Assembly (NCBI GenBank): GCA_964035545.1
Contig: OZ037765.1
Coordinates: 19,654,995-19,718,994, forward strand
DNA: 64,000 nucleotides
Origin: Bugula neritina
Taxonomy: Eukaryota; Animalia; Bryozoa
Direction: 5' to 3'
Shown here: positions 51,201 through 64,000 of the stretch, in pieces
How the letters are laid out: the number at the start of each line of letters is the position of its first letter
How positions within the stretch are numbered: position 1 is the stretch's first letter
Notes under the pieces: model-generated
Databases searched by the model: none
The model's input: only the letters and a program-made list of their open reading frames with translations
What the model was told of the DNA's origin: nothing
Translations under genes and position numbers: made by a program

Positions 51201-51948
51201 ATTAATTAAAAAGATTATTTACAGAAATCTGCTTGTTTCTAGGTAACTTTAGCACTAATTGGTATAGCAACAGGACCATCCGTAGCCGCTTTTACTGTTG
51301 GAATCTTCTTTCCATTTGTTGATGGTAGATGTGCTGTAATTGGAAACGTCATGGCAACAGGTATGTTGACTGCAGTTTAGATAGTCAGTTCAAGCAGTAT
51401 AAGGGTTTCTGGCATACATAAAACTGCTTATGTGTGTGTGTGTGTGTGCGTGTGCGTGTGCGTGTGCGTGTGCGTGTGCGTGTGCGTGTGTGTGTGTGTG
51501 TGTGTTAATGCCATTGTTATCTATTTTCATAGCCTTTACTACCTGGTTGAGTTTTGGTGGACTAATCAACAAGCCATACGTGTATTCCTACCCTGTAACT
51601 ACAGCTGGTTGTAACATCACAGATGAGAATTTACTTGCTAATATATCATCTCCTGTATATGACCCCAGTACATGGAACCCTCAGTCTCACTACAGGTATA
51701 ATATCTCAGTCTCACTACAGGTATAATATCTATATTATTTTTAGCTTCAACAATTGTATACATTCATATATTTGTATTATATCTGATTATATGTTTAAAT
51801 TCCATGTTACATGTTACATAAGGAATATATAAAACTAGGATCAACAAGGCACAGTAAAATAGACTTATTTCTTTTACTATGACTTATATTATTACTTGCA
51901 GTATAAATATTTTATTTATTCTGTCAATATATATGTGTGTGTGTGTGC

Positions 51949-52003
<55 letters not shown>

Positions 52004-53539
52004 TGTGTGTGTGTAGTCTTTAAAAATTATTGTAATGGTTTTGTATACTAATTAGTTACTAACTGCATGTTTATTATCAGCTCACCACATCACTAAACCG
52101 TGTGCAATTTAAAGTCTAATTTAAAATCTATAACTCAAGAACTTGTTGAATTATTTTGTATTTTATTATAAGCACTGCAGGTTCTCATTACACACCTAGT
52201 TTTATTCAACAAATATAACTATGTTAGGTTTAAAATAAAATGTTGAATAAGCTGCTTTATATTATATTAAAATTTCTTCATCTATAGGCTAATTGAATAG
52301 TTAGGTGTTCCTTAACTATCCATGGGCTTTCAAAGTGTCATTTAATTGGCTATAATTTACCATACATTAAAGAATCTCTGTGCAACACACTTCATTTATG
52401 CAGTACTAAAATATTCTTATATACCTATGTTAGTTTTCATTTGCATATTGTTTTAAGGTTGGATGCCTAAACAATTTTGTTTTATAATGAATTTTGTGCC
52501 AGTATGTACTGAAATTATTTGGAATTGCTGATTGCCTCGAAATGAAATTTTCCGCTACTATAAAACTTATACTAATTATAGCTAACTTTCAATGCATGCT
52601 CATTGATATGGTTTGAAAGTTCAAAGTTTAAAGCTTCATTTCCAGGAGATCAGAAATCTCAAATCATTTCAGTACATACTCACACAAAGTTCATTATAAA
52701 ACAAAATTTTTTAAGCATTCAACCTTAAAACAGTATGCAAATGAAAAGTAACATATATAAGAATACTTTAGTACTGTATAAGTGAAATGTGTCAGGGATT
52801 CTTTATGCTATCAATGAGCATATTTTAAATGCATTATGTTATAATCATCATTATTCTAATACGCTTTTATAGCACTTTTAACCAACGTACACACAGTAGA
52901 ATATTGTAGTGCAAAATTGTAGTTAATGATATTGTTTGAATACTACATTTATAATGTTTTAAGTACATGAAACCGTAATGATATTCAAAATTATAGGACG
53001 CTAATTGCAATTGCATGTATATATAAACATGATGACTTTTACAAAAACATACTTCAAAAAACACACTTCATTTGACAACCATAATTATTATCAGGCTTGA
53101 ACTACTCAAAAGTTATTATCACAGTTTCCCAAATGTAATTTTAGAGAAGGAGTGTCTGCTATGTATGACATATCTTATGCTTGGCTGACCACAGAAGGAT
53201 TTCTACTTTCTATCCTTATTTCCTTAACCTCTAGTCTGATTTGTAAGTTTACACTATCTTCCAGACACTTAAGTTCAATGCTTAGAGCTTCAACTTAAAA
53301 TTAAGTAAAAAAATTGTTATTTTCTAAATTTATTCTTTTGAATATATATATATATTCTACTGCTTTATATTGTTAATTTCTAACATCTTATGTTTTGTTT
53401 TGCAGTGAAGAACCGAAATCTTGTTTCAAAGGATCTTTTAGTTTCTTGTGTTGCCAATAGCTCATGCACCCCACAGCTTTTTAAAAAGTATATCGACTAT
53501 GGAAAAGATGAAGATGATAGAGATAGCACTAAACTGTAA
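42202..53539 (+). CDS. SLC5 sodium:solute symporter, NIS/SMVT/SMCT-like, copy D (587 aa, C-terminal STKL)
   Basis: join(42202..42392,42740..42899,43533..43598,44846..44897,45444..45511,46908..47062,47568..47723,48465..48594,49750..49838,50346..50529,51243..51360,51533..51695,53145..53242,53406..53539) = 1764 nt, open, GT-AG introns. Confidence 0.93.
43163..43483 (-). mobile_element. Miniature non-autonomous LTR retrotransposon (TRIM) with tRNA-like Pol III units inside both LTRs
   Basis: 103-bp direct repeats 43163..43265 and 43381..43483 (TGT...ACA, 12 mismatches) around a 115-bp core. CTATT is duplicated on both sides (43158..43162 and 43484..43488); the empty site ttacaCTATTgtatt is seen in copies B, C and E. 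A purine-rich tract GGAGAAAACTGGGTGGGA abuts the 3' LTR on the minus strand. 72-nt tRNA-like units lie at 43175..43246 and 43393..43464. Confidence 0.85.
44358..44701. mobile_element. MITE with roughly 70-bp TIRs, TAA/TTA flanks (PIF/Harbinger, Tourist-like), copy D intron 3
   Basis: gcctagggccacgctgtgcgtattttcgcatgc...aaaggtgtccactgta is inverted at tacagtggacacctttg...gcatgcgaaaatacgcacagtgtggccctaggc. The empty site cagTTAgtag is present in copies B, C and E. Confidence 0.85.
45205..45418 (+). mobile_element. tRNA-Thr-derived SINE in intron 4 of copy D
   Basis: Same position and sequence family as 19363..19566. Confidence 0.8.
47199..47311 (-). mobile_element. Solo tRNA-like LTR related to the TRIM, copy D intron 6
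   Basis: tgtaaaac..gcgtccactGGGATTCGAA..ttgcaagcaggcacactaacc..tacaccacaggggct.. aligns with the LTR at 43163..43265. Confidence 0.65.
47797..48005 (+). mobile_element. tRNA-Thr(AGT)-derived SINE with 13-bp target-site duplication, copy D intron 7
   Basis: Head GCCGTGGTTTAGGGGTTAAAGCGTTTGCCT-AGT-AAACACGAGGTCATAGGTTCGAGCCC resembles eukaryotic tRNA-Thr(AGT). TSD tttaacattatgc at 47784..47796 and 48006..48018. Empty site in copies B, C and E. Confidence 0.9.
51431..51504. repeat. Compound (TG)n/(TGCGTG)n microsatellite, intron 11 of copy D
   Basis: Same site as the long TG run in copy C. Confidence 0.95.
51680..51729 (+). repeat. 25-bp perfect tandem duplication spanning the exon 12 donor site of copy D
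   Basis: ctcagtctcactacagGTataatat occurs twice; it is single in all other copies. Confidence 0.95.
51934..52014. repeat. (TG)n(GCGT)n(GT)n microsatellite, intron 12 of copy D
   Basis: Copies B and E read atatatatgtagtc at this site, with no repeat. Confidence 0.95.
52371..52802. mobile_element. Intron 12 foldback element, copy D
   Basis: Near-identical to 26056..26486. Confidence 0.75.
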
Positions 53540-54383
53540 AATATCTAATGTCTATGTTATTGATTATTACATACTATTTATGTTGTCTGAATGTCTATAT
53601 ATTTATACTTTATGTATACCAATTCATTTGTCTTTCACCAATTTGCCAACTTTTAAAGGGGTTTGGGAGCATTGGGGGTAGCTGGTATAGCTGATAATTA
53701 TCTTAATAATCAAAATTGCAACTGAATAACTTATTGAAAGACATTATACTTTCTCTTTATAATGTATTATCACTGTGTGATAAAATGTGCTATAGTTTAT
53801 ATTTAGATACAACGAATACATCTCATCAGACGCATGTGTTGTTGATATACTCAAAATGAAGCCAGTAATAATACAGAAAAAAGCAAACATGAAAATACTT
53901 AAATGCCATTCAAGTTTGATTTATTTATGTTTTATATACTTTATGAAAATGCACATCTTCAATACTGTTATATAATGTCATTTGCCAGCCAACTTTGAAA
54001 TTAGAGTACATTTATTAATTGATATGTCCTAAATGGTGGGTATTGTGGTTTTATGCTAAACTGCAGAATAATCATATATAAAAACCTTTCCTGTTTCCAC
54101 ATTCAACATTAATTTATTGTATTTTGCAAATCATGTCTTCAAATCAAATTAGTTTTCTATTTGGCAAGCTAGGAGTAAGTGAACATAACTTGCAAAGCAT
54201 TATCAGAAGACTAAGCCCATTCTGATTGGCTAATCTCAACCTCAAACAGCTTATATTGAATAACTTATTTCTGTGAATGTCATGTTTCATTTGAAAACTG
54301 AAGCTGGAGAGAATAGATTTTCATTTATCATAAATTGATAGAAAAAGTATTTAGGAGTAATTTTACAGCTTTAACACATAACC

Positions 54384-57300
54384 ATGTCTATGATGAACAC
54401 TGGGATATATTTCAAATGGCCAGACTACCTGGTATTCAGCTTGTCTCTGGTATTATCAGCAGCCATAGGATTCTACTATGCCTGTACTGGAGGGAAGCAG
54501 AAGACAACTAAAGAATATCTTCTGGCTGACAGGAACATGCATTGGCTTCCTGTTGCAATCAGTCTGGCAGTGAGGTGAATGATGAAATTCACTTGGTAGT
54601 TGTAACTATGAAGTAATAATTCTAATTTATTTTCCTTCCGTTCAGAATGCATGCAAATTTTGCTGAAGAAACATCATGTTAACGAATGTTTTGTGCATCA
54701 TTTCTTTGATTTACTTTAGTTTTTTGTAGTTCAAAAGAGTATTATAAATTAATGAAAAGCATAGAAGAAAAATTGGATTTATTACTGCAAAACAATGAAA
54801 TAATTATTGTTGTATTCCATTCCGCTAAATGTTATGCAAATCAATTTATCGCCTCTAAGTTTGTAAATTTATTAATCAGTTATAAATACCCAAAAAAGTT
54901 TTGATAAAGCTTGTTGTTCATGAATCTTGAATCACATGTTTTTATTTTGCAGTTTCACTTCTTCTGGCATTCTAATTGGTTTTCCAGCTGAGATATACAC
55001 ATTTGGTACAATATACATGTTTACTTTGGTTGGCAGACCAATAGCGGCTGTCTTATCAGCTAAACTGTTTATCCCAGTGTTTAAACAAATTGGTTCTATC
55101 AGCCTGTACCAGGTAATTCCAAATATAATGTATTATAAACAAAGATAAAAGTTGTTCATTGCGTTTAAGTTCTCTTCAAGTGTTTTTCTATAACTTATAA
55201 ATCATAATCCATTAAAGTGTGAGTAAACTTATTGAATTTAGAAATATAGAAATTGTTAGTGTGTATTGTTTTAATATTTGCTACTACAAGCACTACACAA
55301 CACTACTTATGTATATCATCGTAACCATTAACCTTCTCTTTAATAGCATGACAAATTGTTTAGTTTGAACATTACACTATTGTATTCTGAAGCTATGTAT
55401 AATAACTCACAATGTATTTTTTGTTATCTAGTACATCTATAAAAGATTTGGCAGACTCTTGAGTATTATTCTGCTAGTAGAGGGATTCTTTTTATCGGTG
55501 AGTCATTTAAATATTCAAGTTTGTGTTTGCTGACTTTCAATGCAGCAAAACTAGTGACTAATCTACTCATCGTGTTTTTGATTATAAAAAGCTAATAGGA
55601 ATTGTCATCCCAAAACAAAAGCTTTTAAAATTATGCATTTGCAAATTTTACTTCTGGTGTTACAACTATGATTTTCTCAAATTATTAGCACTGTTTTGTA
55701 ATTTGTATGCATTATACTACATTTATATGTTCTTCAAAAAGTATGTTATAGAATATTTTTAAGATTGTCATAGTGCGCCAAAATAACACAGCTCACAACA
55801 AAAAATTATAATTCAATTATCAATTTGAATACTGTAAACTGATGTAGAATTATTAAAAAAATCTTCAACAATTGCCTTGCCTGCTAAATATTCTTATGCT
55901 TTGAATAGGTGTCACTACTATTTCTTGAAGCTAAGTAAGCTACTTTAATAATTTTTTTAACAGATAAATATAGCTAGGCGGAATTTTTAAAGCTTTTAGC
56001 CTGTCCTGATGACTTTAGGTAACTAACTTATTAACATAATATGAAAACCACTTTTTACTAACAAATATTTTTTATAGGACATTTAGACAGTAATTGAATG
56101 AATATGCTTTGATTAGAAGGTGGACTACTGATTCAACTGGAAATTACATAAGAAAAGATTGAAACGCATAAATCTTTATAAAATATGCATATCTCTGCTT
56201 CCAAGTATAAATACAAGATTTTAATTTGACTGCTCAAATTGTATCATAAGCATATTGTACAGTTAGTAGGTTGCTACTCAACTATAGCTAGAATAATAGT
56301 ATGAGAAGATAATCACCATGCAAAGCATATTATATATTGTTACTAGCATATAAAAAACACCAACTGTAAGATTCAGAAAAAGCTACTTTCACTTTTGCAG
56401 ATGCTGTTTGGAGCACTAATAATTTATGGACCAGCATTGGCTATGTCAGGAGGTGAGCTGTAGTGTGGTAAAACAAATGTTTTTGAACATATGTCAAAAG
56501 TCATGGAGGTATAAACTTCATTAGTTGTGCTGTTTAACTTAAATGATTTACAAAAATAACATGTCTAATTTCTTATAAACTACTTGCTTTTTCATTACCT
56601 ACCAGTATCATTTGATGTAATAATTTGATGGTAAAACTTTTGTATGATGTTTTTCAACTCTCTTATCTTGATATATAAAACTTTAATCACCTTTTTGTAA
56701 TAATGCAGGTATTGAAATATAAGCTATGTTGTCAACAACTATACCCTATCAACACCCAGTGAAATGTTAACTCCTGCTTCACTGTTTAATAGTGCCATAG
56801 TAAGTAGGCAGCACCAATTACTTACTTACCTTGTAAGTAGTGTAGAGCTCAAGCAAACCATTTCATGATTCAAAAAATATTAGGATGCAACAGTAATGAG
56901 GGAGCATGCAGCCATGGTTTGGGGTTAGAGCGTTTCGCTTAGTGAACACGAAGTCATGAGTTTGAAACCCGGTAAAGGCCATTGGTGATGTTAAGAAGAG
57001 CATCCAGTCATAATTGCTCTTGTGCCACATATGAATAAGTCCTTAGTTAATAAAAGTTTTTTCCATCAGAGGTTTTCTCGCAGGGATGGCGACCATAAAC
57101 TCCCGTGAGTTTTGAGTAGTAATTTTTATATTTTTAGTAACTGGTTTGAACCTCTGGGTTGCTGTATGTTCCGTAGGACTGATTGCTATGCTGTACACAG
57201 TCTTGGTAAGTAGTTTATTCTTTGGTTTTCTAAATATATTGTATGATAATTTCAACGACATTATGTAACTAATTTTAATTTAATCATGATAATACTGAAT

Positions 57301-60300
57301 AGTTCTTAGTATTTAACTGGTTATCATAAGGTCGATAAGAAATATATTATTTCGTGAAACATCTTCATGTAAAAATCTCTTAGTTTTCAGTTTATGGAAA
57401 TGATGGATCTACCCATGAGTGGTTGCTTATAAAATTTTCTTTTCAACTGTGTATAGCTGGATGCCCTCAGTAGATAAGGCTGTCACTTTTATTTACCAGA
57501 ACCTTTGTTATAAAATTCTGTAGTAAAGCTGATAAAGCCTATGACCTACTTTTGCCACAGCGAATTGGTCAATGACCTCAGAAACTATGTGATAACATAA
57601 CCACTAATGAGATTTAAATTTAGCATGAAAAGTTATTACAAAACTAATAAAAGTACTATTCTAAATATTATATGGTTTCAATAATTATAGGCATAGACAA
57701 AAACACAATTTTTAGTGCAATGATGATAACTGTCATATGAACTGTTAATTAGATGTTATATCGAAATTATGACAATAGCATGAGTGTTATCAAAGTTAAA
57801 TATAGTGGTTGCTTATACTTGCATGTGATGGCACAACAAATATATATATTAGTTATAAAATGAAAAATTAAGAGATGCAGCATAAAATAATGATTGATAT
57901 TAGTTACAACTAAAACTTTTATACTTGTGTAAGCTTATATTGTATGAAGTGTTAAAAATCAAGTTTTGCTTTTACCTGTAATAATTCATGCACCATTACA
58001 GTTAAAATCAAAAGTATGCTAAACGAATTGTTGCTAAAAATACATCATTTGCATATGGGTCAATTTACTTAATTTAGTATAAACTCGATATCTCTAGTTT
58101 TTAGTTAATTTTCACAATAGAACTGTTATTGTATATGGGTTTTTGCCCTAAATTAATAAATATTAACAAATACAACTAAATAAGTAAATTTTTTATGTTT
58201 CTTCGTAATCTACTAGTGAATTGGGATTTTCGGACCATAATGAAGAAAACCATCACAGTCCACACATATCTATTTAGGTCATATGACAACGGCATTGCAC
58301 TTTAATGTTCCAGCACTCTCTTCCAGCCTTTGTTCGCTATGCATAGGTAGAATCAGAACATAACATTACCTCATTTAGTAAATTTTCATAAATCTTGAGC
58401 CAACTTTAAGTTTGGTCCTAAATTGCTGATGTTTACTAAAAAAAGTAAAATGACCTATATTGTGTTAGCTAGCTAAAAATATAATAGTGAATGGTACCCC
58501 TTCATGTACCGCATTTTTATGTTAGTTTAATTTTCTTATTTTTCCATCTTTTCTCACAGGGTGGTCTGAAGGCTGTTCTTTGGACAGACACTCTCCAGTT
58601 CCTCATCATGATAGTTGGATGTATAGTATTACTTATATTTGGAACAGTTAAAGCTGGTGGACCCAGTGAAGTTTGGAGGGTAAACAAGCTCAGTGGTAGA
58701 CTGGATATACTAGAGTAAGTTACTTAATATACTGTAGGTTTGGCAGTGGTCTAGGCTAAATAAATTATATCTATATCAAATAACAATATCTATAACATGG
58801 AGTAAGGTATATAGCTCACTTTTCTCATTGTGTTGCTAATATATAATTAAAATAGTTGAATATTAATATATTACTTAATGCACCGCTGGCTTGCGAGCTG
58901 GCCGTTAACTATTACATCACAGGGACTACTGAGTTGTCTCCACACTACACATCAGACATTGGTTTCATTGCTTTTGATTTTCTTGTGTTGTAATTGTATT
59001 ATTCATGTTTTTTCCGTTTAAGATTTGTACCTTTTATAACAGACTTTATTGCAAAAGCTAATACTACTTTTAAAAAGATGATTATTTATTATTTTGCATT
59101 TTTGAAAATGCTTATAGTATTTTATTTTATTATTCAATATTGCTAACATAATAAAACATTAGTATTCAGTATTTTAATTTTTTTGAACTTTTTATTTTAA
59201 GGCCAAGTAAATTTTTGAGTTTTGATCCTCGGAGTCGTCACACCTTATGGACTCAAATCTGTAATGCTATATTGATCTACATCAGCGCTTATGGAGCCTC
59301 ACCAATTGCTATTCAGCGCATTTTGGCACTGAAGCCTGGACCTATTAATATCTTTCTGTAAGTATTTTGATATAAAAATATAATGTTTAGACATAGTAGA
59401 ATAAATTAATATTCGCCATTACCATTTTGCATAATAAAGTTATCTATAGATGTTTAATATACATTATATATAATGTGATGATGTTTTGAATTGTAATCAA
59501 AAACAATGTTTTTGGTGATTATAAAAAAAGTTTACGTAAATAAATCCTAAATGATTGACTAATATTTAAAAACACCTGGCATTGAGAAAAAAGCTGATCT
59601 TAACCATTCAAACAATTAAATAAGAAAGTTATTTAATTGCTACTTTTTTGATAATCATTTTCTCAACATCATATAAAAGTTAATTTGACATAATATGTTT
59701 AATAAAATTAAAATGATTAAAACTATTTCATTATATAATAGTAATAACTTTACATAGAATGTTATTCATTAATAGACATATTAATATTTGACTAATAAAG
59801 TATTATGTCTTCAACACTGTAGATGCTTCACCACTGTGCTACTAATAACATTCTCCTTTGAAATAATATGTGCAGCTATTGGCCTCGTAGCTTTTACATA
59901 CTACAAAACATGTGATCCAGTTGCCAGTGGAGTTATCTTCTTTAAAGATCAGGTACACTTATTATTTTAGGACTAATATTTTTGTAATAGTTGTATTCTA
60001 GATTTAACTTGTCATTCTTATTCAGAATAAGGGAGGGCATGTCAAATGACACTACATGTTTGCTGTGGTAGTAGAATTTGCTTAATGATACGCTTTCACA
60101 TATTTATTAGTAATAGCTCCTAAAAGCTCATGTGAGTTTACAGTATCTATCTCTTTGAGAACCCTTAATAAAAAAAGTTTTTTTTAAAGTTAAAGGTTAA
60201 AGATTTTTTAATGAAGCAATTATGACTGAATGCTTTTCTATTAACACCACTGGCGTTTGAATTCAAACCACTGACCTGTATGGGTTTTACTAAAACAGCA

Positions 60301-63030
60301 CTCTAATGGTTTAATGACTCAAGTAAACTTTTCATAGCTATTAATTTATACGTAAAACAATGGCTATAGATAAATGAACACTTAACCCATACAAGCGCAA
60401 CAGGCGAAAATTTTTCCTGAAGCGTTAATTTATTTATCTTCATTACGGGCCTTAGAAAGGGTTGAATAGTATAGATGAGCTATCCTTATAGTAATATTCC
60501 GTAATGCTAAAATTCCTAACAATATAAAATTATTTTTGCAATTTTCCATCAACAATTGTCATAAGGTAGCTAGTCTGTTGCATAAAACAACATATTTGAA
60601 TGCATACTTTAAAAATTGCGATAATTCCATATTAGTCATTTATGTATATTGCATATATTGAAGTAAAGGGAGAAGATAACCCTTTATAAAATTTTACCAG
60701 GGAATCTGAACGCTATCTTTTTGTACAATTCACCTGCTGCAAATTAGCTCTTTTCAACATCTATTTAAATTTTTTTAAGGGTATAAATAAAGATATTTAA
60801 ATGGAAAAACTGGTTTATAGTTCTTACGCATTATTTAGGTTGTGTGATATCTATAAAATTAAAAGCATACTACATAAGGTTTCATCAACTAGTATGCTTT
60901 AAAATTGTGCAGCTCCTACTTGGATTCCATAAAAGCTAGTTGGTTTAACTACAGCATTCAACTGCATTGCACTAGTACTGTGGAAAAGTATACACTATCT
61001 TGAAAACTAGTGATTTACTGTTAAATCTACTGCAAAAAGTTGACAAGAAGTAATTTAGGATCTAGGCAGTCGAAAAAATTTACACTTAATTGTCACAATG
61101 ATATAATTATAGTCAGATAATTTAATGTTTTAGATTCAGCCGCTGTTTACTATGGAACTATTCCAAAACCTACCCGGTTTATCTGGTCTCCTAATGTCTT
61201 CTGTGTTCAGCGCATCTCTTAGGTGAGTTACCATCACATTAAACTGGCTGTAAACATGTGGGGACAATCTCTTGGATTTGTCTACACTTTGCACACAATC
61301 AAGTTATGTGACTTGGTTTCACAATATAGTAAAGCAACTAACTAGAATGTAGTTTATGTGCCATTCTCCTCATTTCTGTCCAAACATTTACATTCTAAAA
61401 TGTTTTTTCAACTTAGTTTCAGTTACATGGAGTAAGAAATGATGGCAATGTTAATAAGAAGTTAGTTGATAGTAAATGTATTTCTCTATTCAAAGCCATA
61501 ATAGTATATTAATCTTTTTATATGGCTTTATTTTCTTGTTGAGACTGCATCAGCAAAATTAATACTAGTTGTGCTACAGATATTTCATGCAAAATTAACA
61601 ATCATCACTACAAAATAAATATTCTTTTCAGTATTTCTATATTAAATAGGTGGTCGAGTATAGCTACCTATTTTTTATAACTATATCATCATACTCAACA
61701 CTGGTATTAAATACATTTACTGTAACTGTAGCACAATTAGCTCTGGAATGAATGCAGGAGCTGCCATTATTCTACAAGAGGTTATCAAGCCACTGAAACC
61801 TAACATGTCTGACCGAAGAGCGGCAGTCATTTGTAAATTACTTTCCACTCTCACTGGAATTGTCTCAATTTTATTTGTCATTTTCTTGAGGTTTTTTGGA
61901 AGTGGACTATTATCGGTAAGACAACTAAATATATGCATGTATTTATTTTCAAAAGAACTTTTTATTGGTAGAGCCTAGCATTAATAAGGGATTTAAACAC
62001 AAATTAATTTGCAAAATAGATTTGAACATAATGTTTAAAAATCTTGAACATAGAGTTTTCTTAGTGTGTCACGTTTTGAGTTTTTCAAGTAAGTACTAAT
62101 AATTCGTAACATTTTTTGAGGAAAAAACCTTAACTTAAAAGAAAAATTAATGTATGAGGTATAACTTTTCTTATAAATATCGATTTGTCTTGACAGTTGC
62201 CTGACACTTTTATTCATCTTTTTTTTAATTATAGCTTTTTGTGCATAAAAGTGTAATATTTCACGTGACAATACATTTAGCACAGTGGAAGTGTGCAATC
62301 TATAAAAGAATACTCCAAGTTATTAAAAAGATGACAACTTTGAACATTAGAATACGAACACTATTTTTATTTGTTCAACTTCTGTTAAATATATCCTGAA
62401 TAAAAATTTGGGCAAAAGTAAAAGGCCTGAAATGTTTTAACTCGATCACCTAATTATTTAAATATACTGGTTATATATTTTACACATTTGTGTCAACTTA
62501 AAGCATTTCAGTTAGAGCCTAAAGGGATTGCAAGCGAAAGTTGATCTATTTAGCAACTGTTTAATATAGTGTCCAAAACAGCAAATACTCTATTAATTAA
62601 AAAGAATATTTACAGAAACCTGCTTGTTTGTAGGTAACTTTAGCATTAATTGGTATAGCAACAGGACCATCCGTAGCTGCTTTTACTGTTGGAATCTTCT
62701 TTCCATTTGTTGATGGTAGATGTGCTGTAATTGGAAACGTCATGGCAACAGGTATGTTGATTGCAGTTTAGATAGTCAGTTTAAGCAGTATAAGGGTTTC
62801 TGGCATACATAAAACTGCTTATGCGTGTGTGCGCGTGTGTTAATACCATTGCTATCTATTTTCATAGCCTTTACTACCTGGTTGAGTTTTGGTGGACTAA
62901 TCAACAAGCCATATGTGTATTCCTACCCTGTAACTACAGCTGGTTGTAACATCACTGATGAGAATTTACTTGCTAATATATCATCTCCTGTATATGACCC
63001 CAGTACATGGAACCCTCAGTCTCACTACAG
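54384..63030 (+). CDS. SLC5 sodium:solute symporter, NIS/SMVT/SMCT-like, copy E (3' partial; exons 13-14 lie beyond the window)
   Basis: join(54384..54574,54953..55112,55432..55497,56401..56452,57138..57205,58560..58714,59202..59357,59823..59952,61134..61222,61732..61915,62634..62751,62868..63030); open frame, GT-AG introns. Confidence 0.92.
56908..57113 (+). mobile_element. tRNA-Thr-derived SINE in intron 4 of copy E
   Basis: Same position and sequence family as 19363..19566. Confidence 0.8.
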
Positions 63031-63602
63031 GTACAATATCTATATTGTTTTTAGCGTCAACAATGGTATACATTCATATATTTGTATTATATCTGATTAT
63101 ATGTTTAAATTCCATGTTACAAGTTACATATGTAATACATAAAACTAGGATCAACAAGGCACAGTAAAGTAAACTTATTTCTTTTACTTTGACTTATATT
63201 AGTACATACAATGTAAATATTTTATTCACTCTGTCAATATATATGTAGTCTTCAAAAATTATTGTAATGGTGTTTTATACTAATTAGCTACTAACTGCAT
63301 GTTTACTATCAGCTCACCATATTACTAAACTGTGTGCCATTTAAAGTCTAATTTAAAATCTATAACTCAAGAACTTGTTGAGTTATTTTGTATTTTATTA
63401 TAAGCACTGCAGGTTCTCATTACACACCTAGTTTTATTCAACAAATATAACTATGTTAGGTTTAAAATAAAATGTTGAATAAGCTGCTTTATATTATATT
63501 AAAATTTCTTTATCTATAGACTAATTGAATAGTTAGGTGTTCCTTAACTATCCATGGGCTTTCAAAGTGTCATTTAATTGGCTATAATTTACCATACATT
63601 AA

Positions 63603-64000
63603 AGAATCTCTGTGCAACACACTTCATTTATGCAGTACTAAAATATTCTTATATACCTATGTTAGTTTTCATTTGCATATTGTTTTAAGGTTGGATGCCT
63701 AAACAATTTTGTTTTATAATGAATTTTGTGCCAGTATGTACTGAAATTATTTGGGATTGCTGATTGCCTCGAAATGAAATTTTCCGCTACTATAAAACTT
63801 ATACTAATTATAGCTAACTTTCATTGCATGCTCATTGATATGGTTTGAAAGTTCAAAGTTTAAAGCTTCATTTCCAGGAGATCAGAAATCTCAAATCATT
63901 TCAGTACATACTCACACAAAGTTCATTATAAAACAAAATTTTTTAAGCATCCAACCTTAAAACAGTATGCAAATGAAAAGTAACATATATAAGAATACTT
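63603..64000. mobile_element. Intron 12 foldback element, copy E (cut by the window end)
   Basis: Near-identical to the element starting at 26056. Confidence 0.75.

Overview
AT-rich animal (invertebrate-like; species not determinable from sequence) genomic DNA made almost entirely of a head-to-tail tandem array of five + strand, intron-rich SLC5 sodium:solute symporter genes of the NIS/SMVT/SMCT (SLC5A5/6/8/12) branch. Copy A (1892..12494) is a divergent paralogue of about 600 aa. Copies B (16858..27224) and D (42202..53539) look intact at 587 aa. Copy C (28069..38828) lacks exon 6, which is replaced by (AT)14, giving a frameshift and early stop. Copy E (54384..>64000) runs off the window. 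All exons were traced by hand with GT-AG boundaries and consistent phases. The array is a patchwork: exon-sized gene-conversion tracts shared between A and B-E, a chimeric copy E, and alternating short and long spacers. Comparing copies reveals empty and filled insertion sites. The most unusual insertion is a 321-bp miniature LTR retroelement (TRIM) whose two 103-bp TG...CA LTRs each carry a tRNA-like Pol III unit (43163..43483), with related solo LTRs in intron 6. Also present: a tRNA-Thr(AGT)-derived SINE family, a PIF/Harbinger-type MITE, a TTAA-flanked foldback element, an RTE-like LINE relic and several microsatellites. Most ORFs in the supplied track are exon read-throughs or repeat artefacts.
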